From positions 36,334,001 through 36,398,000 of the forward strand of contig NC_045696.1 in the NCBI RefSeq assembly GCF_009834535.1: a stretch of DNA of 64,000 bases, given 5' to 3'. The notes under the pieces are model-generated. The model made no database searches, was not told the origin of the DNA, and saw nothing but the letters and a program-made list of their open reading frames with translations. Shown here piece by piece: positions 49,382 through 62,079 of this stretch (positions are counted from its first letter, which is position 1; each line of letters begins with the position of its first letter). Source of the DNA: Camelus ferus. Lineage: Eukaryota. Made by a program: the position numbers and the translations under genes.

Positions 49382-50254
49382 TTGTTCTTGATTAGTAATT
49401 GCTCTGGGGTTATCACCACAGCAGCAGGACTAAAACTTTTCTAGTTTTCTCTGTCAGTCGATGACCTTGCTTCCCACTCCAGTCTTATTATCAAGGCTAT
49501 GTATCATGAACTTTTGTTTACCTTAAAACATCATAGTTCCCTGTTCATGCTCCCATCTTGTTTTAGATGAGGAGCTGGAATCCCATCTTTTCTGAAGCTA
49601 ACTCCTCCATTTGCAGTCTGAAGCCCTGGGACTGTTCTTCTTCTGGATCTGCATTTACAAATATGCTCAAGTCTTCCCCTTGAGGGGGAAAAAAACCCTT
49701 CCTTCCCATCCTTTCCCTGAAGCCACACTTTCATCTGGAGAAGGCTTCTTAATTTTCTTTCTAGGTTCTGCCTCTCTTTACATATAGCCATTCTCTGAGT
49801 ATCTGTCTTCAGTCTGCCTTTTTTTGTTTGTTTTTTCTTGCTCTATTCCTGGGAAATCCTATTTATTCCCATGACTTCAGCTATAACTGAGCCCTAACCC
49901 CTTTCCTGAAGTTCAAGTGCTCCTTCCCACCTACCCATTAGTACCTACACTCATTATATTCAAAGGCAAACCCAGTACTCCATGCTCTGCCTCCATCCTC
50001 CTATGTGTAAGAAAACAAAACAAAGAATCAGGTAAACATATTCTGTTTTTCCCATGTTGACTGGTCTGATTATCATTTCCCCAGTCATCCAGGGGTCCAT
50101 TAGAAGTAATTGCAAGACTAGGAAACATCCGAAGTTATTACAGTCTGAGTTAGAGAAAGGTTAATTTCAAGTATGTAAGCTTTCTTGCCCTCAGTCCCCA
50201 CAGTTCCTTTTTAATGTACTAACCAGTCCTCTGCATTTTCTTGATTACATGCAG

Positions 50255-50525
50255 GTCTGCAATTAAGGCCTTACGTCCTGGAGGGCTTCTTGTGTACTCC
50301 ACGTGCACACTTTCCAAGGCAGAGAATCAAGATGTGATCAGTGAAATTTTAAACTCCTACAGTAACATCATGCCTGTGGACATTAAGGAAATGGCAAGGA
50401 CTTGCTCCCAAGACTTCACATTTGCTCCTACAGGCCAGGAATGTGGGCTCTTGGTGATTCCAGATAAAGGTAAAGCCTGGGGCCCAATGTATGTAGCCAA
50501 ATTGAAAAAATCATGGACTACTTGA
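50255..50525 (+). CDS. NSUN3: NSUN3 last coding exon (SAIKALRPGGLLVYSTCTLSKAENQDVI...GPMYVAKLKKSWTT*)
   Basis: catgcag|G TCT...; motif VI YSTC (catalytic C265); stop TGA 50523-50525; overlaps ORF 50241..50525. Confidence 0.97.
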
Positions 50526-50776
50526 AACTGGTGATGTACATTTGGTAAGCCTTTCCATCGGTTATACATCAATGTTTTATTATATTTATTTTTCTAGGCT
50601 TTCTACATGTTAACGTTTAAATAATAATGGAGTCACTTTCCTTGGGTCTATTTGGAATCCTATTTAGTTAATACTTCAGCATCTCAGGATCTGTGGTTGA
50701 GAATTTTTCAAGTGTATTTTTTTCCTAGAAATATATCTATAGTAATGATTTAAGGTGGTGCAGATGGTGTTTGTTC

Positions 50777-50820
50777 TGTATAATAAACCTACTGTCTTTT
50801 ACTTGGCATTTTGTAGTTAA
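50777..50820 (+). terminator. Candidate proximal NSUN3 polyadenylation signal
   Basis: TGTA (50777) followed by AATAAA 50782-50787 and a T/GT-rich downstream tract; more distal AATAAA near 52963, 53192 and 53798 could give longer UTRs. Confidence 0.5.
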
Positions 50821-52294
50821 ATTAATCAAAGTACATGGTTTTATGCATAAAATGTTTAGAAATGCATTCTATCCAAAATGTTGGTGCATTGAACCTTTAA
50901 AACTGCATATTTGCTGGCCCCCTTATCATTTTCTCCTGATCAAATACACAGATTCTTCCAGAGATTTCCCCCACCTTCTCTGTAAGAACTGATTGATATT
51001 CTGAGACTAACTTCTTAAACAGCACTATTTCTAGTTCTAACAAAATAAGTTTCTTATTTGCCAAGTTGTTTTTTGTTAAGAACTATCTTCTGTTTACTGC
51101 AAAGGTCAGTGACTCCATTGACATCAGCTTTATTTCTCCACTTTTTTTTGTATTCACAAATACAAATTGAAAGGGTAAATTATGTTGAAAGGCCGCTAGA
51201 ACAGCAGATTCACATGCACATGTTTGACTTTCGACATTCAGCTTGTAGAATAATGGAGTCTATCCAGCAGGCTATAAAGCAAGTACTTGAAACAAAACCA
51301 GAATGATTAATAACCGCAATAACTGAACTATATTTGGAGAGTTTGCTACATAATTGCAGTCATAATGAGCACTACAGAATCTGATTATCTTACAGTTGCA
51401 ATCTGGAGGGGCTTTTTATTTCACTCCGTTATGAAATGTTATCCGAGAGTGTGATGTCACATATTAATGCACAAGAGGGAGATGCCTAATGAGAGTGGAT
51501 TATACTATTACCAAAACCCAGTACTGTTTACTAAGTGGCTCTCCTTATTTACACATATCCTGGGAATATTGTATATATTTCTGTGTGTGTACTTAGGGTT
51601 TTAGCCTCAGGTTAGGATCATGTGTTTTCTCTAGAAATTGCTTCACTCAAATTCCAAACATATTTTTCCACCTATTAAGAAAAAATATGCAGCATATTTC
51701 AAAAGATTCTATCTGTTTAGAAATTACTTTTAAAAATAATGAACTCTGAATATGGAAATATAAAATTCTGCTGAAGCTGAATCCTTTTGTTTATTACATT
51801 CTATGTATTCAAACTAGAGACTATTTGCTCGCTTACTGTTTTTGTTTTGCAAGCATGTGTAACTGGAAAGACAGAGGAATAATGTTTTTTCTGTACTTTT
51901 ATTCCATTAGCCATTTTGTTTCCTTTGTATCTAACCAATGTATTTAAAGAAAAGCTGGATCTCTCAAACTCAATCAGCTATACCGGGCTAATACAGAAGA
52001 TTAATAATAATGGAAAAATTTGTGTGTGTGTGTATGTTTTTAGTTTGTGCTTATTGGTTTGTTTTCTCAATTTGAAATCCTGCTTTCAGATACTATAGGT
52101 TTAAAAACACATTTATTCTCTAGATTAATCAGAAAGTAAATGTTCACAGTGCACTTTGTTGAATGTCATTATTTTCCCAACATAATGCCTTGAAGCCTAA
52201 TCTGAATACTCCATGTGCCATTGTATTAGACCTTTCTATAATTACTGAAAAAGGCATATATAGTTTACATGTAGTTTGCTTTATTATTAATAAT

Positions 52295-52540
52295 AATTAT
52301 AATGAAACAGCTAACATTCATTGAGCATTAAATGTTTGATTAAGTGCTTTATATTTATGTTATCTTTTTTGAACTTTAAAACAATTCCCGGAGTGAGTAT
52401 TGTAACTACCTTTTGTGAATGAGAAAACCCAAGTTTAGCACTGTTCCTAGCTTGCCAAGGCTACACTGGTAAGTAAAGTGTGAAACAGAGATTAAAACTA
52501 GCTTCAAAGGCCCGACCCTTCTCCCTCCTCCATGCTGTCT
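52295..52540 (-). mobile_element. MIR SINE
   Basis: acagctaacattcattgagc...gaatgagaaaaccc...cttgccaaggctacac. Confidence 0.65.
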
Positions 52541-55444
52541 CACAGGATATAGGTTATAGGAACACTCAACTGACTTTATCAACTGACTTTACCCTTATTC
52601 TCCATTGCTCAGCTTTCCCTTTGTATGCAGTTTCCTATTTTCAGTCATCAAAGGGTTAATTACTATTTGGGGGAAAAATTCTTAGGAATAGTTCAGGCTG
52701 TGCTCTATAGAAGTACTTCTTGTGATTGCAATACTTAGAAATCTCCCTTAGAGTTTTCTGTGCCTCCCTTTTCTTTGCAGATGCTGAAGAATAGAAATTT
52801 GGAGCAGCCTTGCAATGTCAATTGAAAAGCAGGGAGTAATTGATATTACTCTCTGTGGCATTCACTTTCAAAATAGCTTTATAAAAATTTAGGTTGCTTA
52901 CCAACACATTAACTGCTGCCATCAGCACGCTGAACAGCCACTAGTTTCAGAAACAGACTATGAATAAATGTAATGCATTTAGATGGTTTGTACTGAATTT
53001 TTAAAGCATCAGATATTATCTATGGCTTGGAATCAGGGCTGCCTGCAGTTCTTCATCCTATTACATATATCTATATAGCCTTATACTGAAGATTGCATGT
53101 TACCTCCTTAACAGTATTATAAAAAATACCCTTTTGTACAATGTGAGTAGACATAAAATAACAGATACTGGGACATTTGCTACATGACTAAATAAAGTGA
53201 TTGCAAATCTAACAGGCCCTTATCTAAGAAGACTTTATATCTGGAGATAAGTGTCAGATGATCTGCATAGGCTAATGCAACTCATCTGGAATACAAAGAG
53301 AAAATTGGAACCAATAGCAACAATTTTATTAGATGCCAAGAAGTCCTTTGATGCAATTGAATAGGACTACTTGTATTATATGTTAGGTAAATTTGGCATT
53401 GGGGACAAATATAATGGCACATTTTATTTTCAGCCCATTTATATGGTTCAAATCAATGGTTTACAATCTTCTTTTCCTTGCCTTATTGCTGCACTGGGGA
53501 GGGGAGTAAGGATGATACCCATTACTGATGTTACTCTTTGGGCTAACGTTGGAGCTATAATATCACCCAGATCCCATGGGTATCTGAAGGATATTCAGAT
53601 GAAGGTTCACAAATTAACTAATGTCTGCTGGTAATCTACTACTTGTGCTGAAAGCCCTAACAGCATCTGTCCTGAAAACATTAAAAGTAATGTCAGAATT
53701 TGGAATGGCTTCAGGCTGCAAAGTCAATGGGAGAGAATCAGAAATACTATCTTGACAGAGCTGTTTCTATTAATATTACTTATCATATGACATTTAAAAT
53801 AAAATGAAAATTTAAAAGAATTGATTTGGGGTTCTCATTAGGGAATGATTAAACTATAGAGTGAAAAAACAAACTTAAAAAATTGACCTGTTAATTCAAT
53901 GCTTAAGATATCTAAAAAATAGTTTTCACTAAACCCAAGGAGGAGAAAAGCCTTGTAGAGCATATGCTTCTTTAAAATTTAATTAGCTCAATCAAATATT
54001 AACTCCATACCTTTCGGTAACTTTTCACAAATGAAAAAAGTAATTTCCTTAGTCATGTGAGACTATATAGTCATGTTGAAACTGGGTGAAACCATATGCT
54101 ACCTTAGAAAAAGGACCGTTTGCCTCATTGGAAGCTATCTGATATATGTCATGACTCAATTAAGCTTGCTATGGCTTGTCAAAAGGAATTTTCTGCTGCG
54201 TATTGTTATGGAAGAGCCCATCACACACAAATAACTATACAGCCTAGCAGAATCAACAAACGAAAAATGTGTATAGCCTATTGAAAAAGGAGAAACAGGA
54301 CTATTCTTCCTAGTTCTTAAAAACAAGTGGAAGTAAATTGTAGATATTAACAAGAATGGGCAGAGTTAAAAGGGATTAGCATTGGCAACAGGAGAAAAGA
54401 GGAACTGGGCTTATTTTAGTTTATCATTATTAAGTAAGAAAGATTGTTCACATACTCTTCAAAACAAGGTGTTAACAACCTTTGCAAAGTAGTAAGCCAT
54501 TCCCCTATTCTGGCATTACCGTCGTCTCTGGGGTAAGAGACAGAGAAATGAGAGGACTAAAGAACTTGTGCTGACTTGTGAATTGATGTTAGAACAGGTT
54601 TACTGTGGGCTTGTAGCTCATAGCTGTCAACTATTAAGAAAAGGGAAGGGTGATAGCATCTAACTCTGATGCCACTGGAAATTTTTCTGTGTGATTTTTA
54701 GCCATGAAAAGTCAATATAACTAGCTACATAGATAGCCATTCCTTGACTTGATCATAAAAAAACTAAGGTATAAGTCCTAGATTATAACAAATATGTTAA
54801 GTGAACACAGCAGACATATGCAAACTATTTATGTTCTGCATAATGGTTGCTTTTGTCATATATCCTTGTACAGATTATCTTCTTTAAATCTTGTGTATGA
54901 AATGATAGCTATTCCCATACATGCGTTATTTTCAGCTACATAGTTAACTTGACCATATAGAGTTAACAGGTTCCTTTTCCACCCCACAGGACTCAACTGG
55001 CTGAAGCAACCTGATACAGTTTCAACAGAGGTGATTTTTGAACCAGGAGAATGGTTTAGGAGAAGTTTAAAGTGGGATCTGGAACATCACTCTGGAGTTG
55101 GGTGTAGATTGAGTCAGTCAAGCATATTTCAGAAGCAAAGGATGCTACGATGGGCCTGAAGAGTTTAGGATACACTCCTAGGAAGCAGATTACAACTCCC
55201 AACAAAGTTTACGCTTTCATCTATCTGGTCACACCCCCTACCTTCAATGAGGACTTTAGTACCTAGCTCATATCCTCTCTATTGGAATACCTACCACAGG
55301 CTGAATTCAACACCTCTATGAGAAACCCATCCAATATCCCACCTTTGTGGTTCCTTTACTGCTTCTTCCCCAGTGGCTTTTGTCTCTATTTGTCTTTAGC
55401 AAATCACTCTCCAGGAAATTCCCTAGAATTTGGCATTCTCTAGA

Positions 55445-55643
55445 GCCATACTCTCCAGTGGACCTTTCTACATAATAGAAATGTTTTATTTGCCCTGTCC
55501 AACATGGACAATATGGTAGCCATGCATGGTTATTGAGCACTTGAAATGTGGCTACTGTGATTGAGGAACATAACCTTTAGTTTTAATGACTTTAATTGTA
55601 AATAGCCACCTGTGGTTAGTGGCTACCATATTGGACAATATGG
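55445..55643. mobile_element. MER3 (hAT-Charlie)
   Basis: ctgtccaacatgg...tggttattgagcacttgaaatgtggcta...tagccacctgtggttagtggctaccatattggacaa. Confidence 0.8.
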
Positions 55644-55754
55644 ATCTAGAATTTCTTCACCTAGGATAATGTAATCTCAGTATCTCCTACTCTTCCAGCT
55701 TTCTTACTCTCTCATTTTCATTAAAACTGCAATCCAATTTCCTTGACACCATAG

Positions 55755-56048
55755 TTTTTATTTTAAATTTTTTAAATTGAAGTATAGTCAGTTTACAATA
55801 TTGTGTCAATTTCTGGTGTACAGCATAATGTTTCAGTCATACATATATATACATATATTCATTTTTATATTCTTTTTCATTATAGATTACTACAAGATAT
55901 TGAATATAGTTCCCTGTGCCATGCATTAGAAACTTCTTTATCTATTTTATATATAATAGTTAGTATCTGCAAATCTCAAACTCCCAATTTATCCCTTCCC
56001 ACCCCATTTCACCCCCAGTAACCATAAGTTTATTTTCTATGTCTGTGA
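55755..56048 (-). mobile_element. Artiodactyl/camelid L1 3' end, 5'-truncated
   Basis: tttttaaattgaagtatagtcagtttacaatattgtgtcaatttctggtgtacagcat...aaccataagtttattttctatgtctgtga. Confidence 0.85.
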
Positions 56049-56564
56049 CGTTGTAGCTTTTAAACCTTCATCCTCTTACTGTCCTTTCTCTTCTGGTATC
56101 CTTTCCTTACCTATCTTGGATCCTATGGTGGATAACTTGACACTTTTTCTCACAGTGCCCTCATCTCCTTCATGCTTTTGTATTCCAGTACATCTGATAT
56201 TTAAACCTGCAACTCTTGATAAGTCCAGTAGTCCATGCTTCTACTAATATATACAGTGATGGCTGAGCATTGTTTGGAAAAAAAATCATATATTAGTGCA
56301 GACTGATGTTATTACAAATTTGTGCACCTGTGCAGATTGATTTCACTACAAATTCATGCTCACTTGCTTCTCCTAAGACTTACGTTGCTTAGCAATTTTG
56401 GCTGTTCTTTGACCAGCTTCCTTTTCCATTCTCATTAGTGACTTTTCCAAACTTCAGCTATTCTCTACAACTCTTTTGTATAAACACTCTGCTCCTGTCT
56501 CTCAGAAGATGATCCTGCCTCTTAGTTCCTTGAGAAAATTGTGGTCATCAGAGTGAGTATTCTT

Positions 56565-56786
56565 TTTTTATTTTTTAATTTTTTTTAAACTTTTTTTATT
56601 GAGTTATAATCATTTTACAATATTGTGTCAAATTCCAGTGTAGAGCACAATTTTTCAGTTACACGTGAACATATATATATTCATTGTCACATTTTTTTCT
56701 CTGTGAGCTACCATAAGATCTTGTATGTATTTCCCTGTGCTATGCAGTATAATCCTGTTTGTCTATTCTACATTTTGAAATCCCAG
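56565..56786 (-). mobile_element. Young camelid L1 3' end with perfect 15-bp TSD
   Basis: T-tail, ttttattgagttataatcattttacaatattgtgtcaaattccagtgtagagcac...; TSD agagtgagtattctt at 56550-56564 and 56787-56801. Confidence 0.9.
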
Positions 56787-58199
56787 AGAGTGAGTATTCT
56801 TACTCTTTCCTAATAGATACTCCTCCTTTTATTTAGAAGCGCCATGTTCATCTGGCCTCACAAATTAGAAACGTGGGAGTCACGTTCAGTTTTTCTCTTT
56901 CCTTTTCTTCATTCTCACCTCTAGATAATAGCCAAGTCTCACTTTTTTTTTTTCTTCCTGTTCTCTCTTAGTATCATTGGCATTGCCTTAGTTAAGATCA
57001 CCTGGCCTATTGAATTTTCTTCCCAGTCATCTTCCTACCTGCTGCCTCACACTTCACAATCCACGCTGTCTATTGCTGCTCTAGTGCTCTCCATATAATA
57101 AAACCCCATTATGTCATTACCCTGCTTAAAAGTTTTCAATGGCTCCCCATTGCCTGTAGGATGAAATCCACGCTCTTTTAGCATGTCATTACTAGGTCCT
57201 CTTGCTTTGAGATCTGTATCTCTCTCTCACACACACAGATACACACACACAATTACATCCTCTTTAACTTCATAAAAATTTGAACAATCCTACTGAAGAA
57301 ACCTACTATCACAGTGTATAAAGTGTCCCAGCGAATTGGTTGGGATACCCTTTAGGTAACTTGCCACATTTCCCACTCTACAATTAGCTAGAGTTCTACT
57401 AGATGACCTGATTTTTTTTCCAGTGATCTAGATATTTAAAAAGATAGTCTTTTTGTTCTTATACTCCTATCTGAAAACTATATATTTGGGCTGCAGTATT
57501 TAGGCTGTTTTTTTGTTTTGTTTTGTTTTTGCAGTGAATGGAAAGAATAGGCAAACCATTTTCAAAAGCTTGTGCATTAGGCTGAAAGATGTAAATTAAA
57601 TAACGAATCCACCATATTATGAGCATGCTTAGGCATGCATACATTGTGGGAAAATTTCAAAATGAAATAGGCTCAATAATAAGATTGGAATGCCGATGGA
57701 TAAATCCATAATTGTCTTCTGGAGGATACTTCAAACCTACAAGGAATATCCAAGGGCAGAACAGCAGATGAGAATGTCTTAAAATAGAAAAAGAAATTGT
57801 ACTTCAGCACATCAAGGACAGTCAAAAAATAGATTATTAAAGTAGCACTTGCAGAAACCATAGAAAAATCGTATTCTCTATAAATTTATCAGTTACTCCA
57901 GAGGGTTTTTGTGTGTGTGTGAAATTTGAAAATTAATGTGATTTGGAACTACTACTGCCTCTGTGATAGTAAATAGGTCTCAAACTTTCTAAACCTTGGT
58001 TGCCTAATTTTTAAAGTAAAATAGATTATCTCTAAGAAAGTGAATATGTTTTAAGCCATTACTATATCACAGACATTGTTCTAATATTTATATACTTGTT
58101 CTTTTATTTAACCCATTCTCTTCTTTTTAAAAAAATTTCTCTGACTTATAACTGAGTTTGAAGTAAAGGGCTAATTCAAGGGAGTCAAGGGAGAAAATA

Positions 58200-58720
58200 G
58201 AAAGACAGTGGTGGAGAATCAAAATAAGTCAAAAAGGAGTTGGTAAATAGAAAAGTAAGCTCTGAGTAGGCAGTGGAACTGGCCGGGGGGGAGCAGGCAG
58301 TAGAGTCCAGCTGAAAAGTACAACCGCCCATGTTGGTTCTTTGAAATTAGGTTCTTGTTGCTGACGTGTCTGTTAAGGCAGCATGCCAGAAAGCCTGGTT
58401 ATTTCTGTTGCTTTTTTGTAGCAAACCAGTCTTATTTCCAAGCATATTTTTCACTCTTATGTATCTCAAACTTTGGTAATACAAGTACTCCTTTTAAAGA
58501 GCAAAAACAATATTTCTTTTCAGACCAGGGACATTTTTTTCTTTGCTTATGGAAAGAGTGGTCATGTAATTCATCATCCAACCAGGACATTTTTGAGAGT
58601 GGAAGGGCAAGCAATTAATAATTACACCAGGGCAACTGATGTAACTAGGACTATCATGGATACACTGGTCACATGGTCACCTAACTGCATGGGGCAGGGT
58701 GAGGGTGCGCACTCATGCAT
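58200..58720. mobile_element. Old MaLR (MLT1-like) LTR remnant
   Basis: ggtcacatggtcacctaactgcatggggc-type MLT motifs. Confidence 0.4.
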
Positions 58721-59039
58721 TTAAATAGATCACATAGGTCTCATGCTTCATTAGAAATACTTTTGTCCCTTCTGTACACTTTCCTGCAGTCCCCAGTCTC
58801 TGAGGAAATGAGATGCTCCTCCATCCGAGCACAAATAACAACCTCTTTAATTGCAAAAAGTGACTTCCTGTCCACTTTTTTTGCCTGAAATCTACAGCAT
58901 GAGGGTTTCCTTTCAATCAACAATGCAAGCTACACTCCAAACACTCTCCAGTGACTTCAATCTGATATTATATTTTATGGAGCTTTGACAGGATCCTGGC
59001 CGAGATAACTGATAGTCAAGATGAAGAGTCTAAGCTAAG

Positions 59040-59295
59040 GCAATGGCTTTCAAATTTTTGTAAAAAATGTAAATCACATTTATAAGATGACATGCACATA
59101 TAAACCCATAGACATACAAAAAAATTTATTACACAATATTTATCTTTAAACTTGAGATATACCACATGTACACATACATATAAGCATACACATACACATG
59201 TATATGTATGATTTTTTAAAAACCAGTTGTGATTTACTCAAATGATTTCATGATGCACTAAGGGTTTGTGATCTACTGTTTGAAAACAATGCTAA
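59040..59295. mobile_element. hAT-Charlie MITE remnant
   Basis: Terminal inverted repeats caatggctttcaaa...tttgaaaacaatg. Confidence 0.55.
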
Positions 59296-59714
59296 CCAGC
59301 CATTCCCTTCTGTGTCAAGTAAAAGGATACATAACTGTACCATGTTAATTCATTCCCACATGCCTTCACAGAACTTCAGTTGACTCTTTTGTTCTTGGTT
59401 TAAGTAAAAGTCAATTTCAGAACATTTAAGTGAGTCTTATACAAAACATTGTGTATTTGTTGTTCAAAGTCCTCCCCATGTAGGGACACTGATTATGAAT
59501 TTCTCTTAGATTTTAGTGAATGTTTTCAGATTAGGAAGCCTATGTAAATCGAGTTATTTTCCATTTTGCCTTGAGTTCTGAGAAACATATTTAAATTCTA
59601 TGATCAGTTGCAGCAGATATCTCTGTTTATCTCCTTTCACCTTCCCCATTCTTCACATGGCTTTTATTCTCACTTCATCCTCCTTTTTTATTAAAATGAT
59701 CGTGTTGTAGAAGA

Positions 59715-59910
59715 TGTACTGGTTAAAAGTGTATGTACCAGAGTCAAACTGCAGATTTTGTGATGTTAGGCAAATTACTTAACCTCTTTGTATCTTAGTT
59801 TCCTCATCAGTAAAATAATAATAATGGTTACAGATTTTTGTGAGAGCTAAATAGAATAATTTTAAATACAAGAACAATGCTTAGCCTATATTAAGATGAC
59901 AGTACATGAA
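59715..59910 (+). mobile_element. MIR SINE
   Basis: ggcaaattacttaacctctttgtatcttagtttcctcatcagtaaaataataataat. Confidence 0.75.
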
Positions 59911-60421
59911 GTTTTAGAAGCAAATATACAATTCGTTAAGGATTCCTTTATTTCTCAATCTTCAGGAACCAGGAAAGTCCCATAAATATAGTCTCATCTG
60001 AAGTGAGTATGTAAATGTGTGTCTGCATCTTATTCCATAAGCGTCCCTTTGCTAGATCAATTAACAGATGAATGCTTTCTTTTGGAATTTTGGGGCTGGA
60101 TAGTTCCACCTTACCTCTTCATTTACTCCTTTGTGATATTTGTGTATGAGTTTGTTTTCCCACTAGTATGCAAGAAACTTGAGGGTCAGGGGCTGTCTTA
60201 TCAATCTTTGAATTCCCCTAGCACTTCATTCAAGTTCTTTCCTACAGTAGGTGTTTCATAAATGTTTAATGAAATAAATTAAACAGGTTCTTTTCAATGT
60301 CAATAAAGTAAGGAAGTTGTCAGTAGAAAGGACTAAAAATTCAGAGTTTGATAGAAGCACAGAGAGAGTTTGATATTCAGAACATTAAACAAGGCTAAAG
60401 TAGAATGCCCAACATTCCTGT

Positions 60422-60610
60422 CAGCGGTGGTTAAGAACATGCGCTTTGTTAGTAAATCTGGATGTAACATCCTGTTTCAGTCACTTCCTACATAACTTGG
60501 CAAGTTATGTAACCTCTTTAAACTTCAGATGCCTCAACTCTACAATAAGGATAATTAAAAGATTGTGAATTTAAAGTGCTTAGCACAGTGTCTGATATAG
60601 AAAGCAGTTG
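60422..60610 (+). mobile_element. MIR SINE
   Basis: cagcggtggttaagaacatgcgcttt...ggcaagttatgtaacctctttaaacttcag...aaagtgcttagcacagtgtctg. Confidence 0.75.
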
Positions 60611-60611
60611 G

Positions 60612-61152
60612 GTTTTTTTTTCCTGTATCACAAATTACCATAAATTTAACAGCTTAAAAGAGAACAAATTTATTATCTCATAGTTTTCATGGGTCAACAG
60701 TCCAGCACATTTTAATTGGGCCCTCTGATTATGGTTTCAAAAGGCTAAAATCAAGGTGTAAGCCAGGTATGCCCTCATCTAGAGATCTGACTGGGGAGAG
60801 ATGTTTCCCAGCTCCCTCAGGTTGTTGGTTTAATTTGACTGGAACCACTCTCAGCAGCCAGGGGGCACTGGCAGGGCTCATCACAGGACCCCCTCCATAG
60901 GTCCTCTCACTCTATGAATCTCTTAATCTCTTCCTTCTGGAAAGGCTCCAATCCCTTTAAGTGCTCACCTTCTCAGGCCAGGCCCCCCTAGGGCAATCTC
61001 CCTTATGATGAACTCAAAGTGAACTGATCGATAATCCAGTCTTAGGGGAGGTATTCCATCATATTCACAGGTCTGGCTTACACTCAGGGGTAGGGGATCA
61101 TACCAGGGTTTGGGTGGGATTCTTAGGGGCCGTCTTAGAATTCTGCCTATCA
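60612..61152 (-). mobile_element. MLT1 (MaLR) LTR
   Basis: acaaattaccataaatttaacagcttaaa...aaatttattatctcatagttt...ggctaaaatcaaggtgt...ggccgtcttagaattctgcctatcaca. Confidence 0.8.
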
Positions 61153-61495
61153 CAAGAGGTAATTTCAGATCCTCTCTGAACAGGCATTTACGTTTCAGGA
61201 AACAAGTGACTAAAGAGAGAGAAATGCATTTCATTCCACCATTCCTCATCCAGGGAGTGTGTACATGGTAGTGAGTATAAGATGAGAGACTTGTGGCTGA
61301 TTTTCCCTCTCTGTACGTACCTTTGTTAATGTGAGCATCTTCCTGTCCTGAGTATGATTCTACTACTTACATACACATATTAAATATATAACATAACCCT
61401 TAACGATTTTAGTGTTAAATTAAAGAAACAGTACTTTTTTCTGAGATTAAACACTGGCTGTGTTAGATTTATTGACAGTGGGCTGATCTCCAGTA

Positions 61496-61862
61496 CAGTC
61501 AGTCCTCCATATCTGTGGGTTCGTTCCACATCTGCAGATTGAACCAACCACGGATAGAAAATATTTGGGAAAAAATTCCCAAAAAAGCAAAATTTGAATT
61601 TGCCACCATGGCAACTATTTCTGTAGCATTTACATTGTATTTGCAACTATTTACATTGTATTTGCAACTATTTACATTGTATTAGGTACTAGAAGTAATC
61701 TAGAGATGATTTAAAGTATATAGGAGCATGTGTTTAGGTTATATTCAAATACTACACCGTTTTTTTTATAAGGGACCTAAGCATCCACGGATTTTAATAT
61801 TCACTGTGGGGGTGGGGGTGGGGTCCTGGAACCAATCTGCCACAGATATTGAGGGACAACCG
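61496..61862. mobile_element. Tigger3 (Golem/MER7)-type TcMar MITE with TA TSDs
   Basis: ta|cagtcagtcctccatatctgtgggtt...gtaatctagagatgatttaaagtata...cagatattgagggacaaccg|ta. Confidence 0.85.
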
Positions 61863-62079
61863 TATAGCAGCATTTTCCTAAGAAATTTTCTAAGATAATT
61901 TTGATTACACGCTATACTGTTCTTATTGTTTTTATTACCACCTAGGACACTTTGAGATAATCAGTGAGAGAAAAATGATTAAAAGTGTTAGGAAGTTAGG
62001 AAGATACTGGTTCGCTTTCTTATCCCTCCTGTACCAAATGATTCAAACAGAAAATGTGTTATAATTTTTATTTGTGTGA

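Noticed and set aside
52566..52591. Perfect 13-bp tandem duplication tcaactgacttta x2
   Set aside because: Ordinary micro-duplication with no evidence of function.
61611..61683. 21-bp tandem repeat (tttacattgtatttgcaacta)
   Set aside because: Lies within the Tigger3-type element, whose consensus is already internally repetitive here; not a CRISPR-like array.
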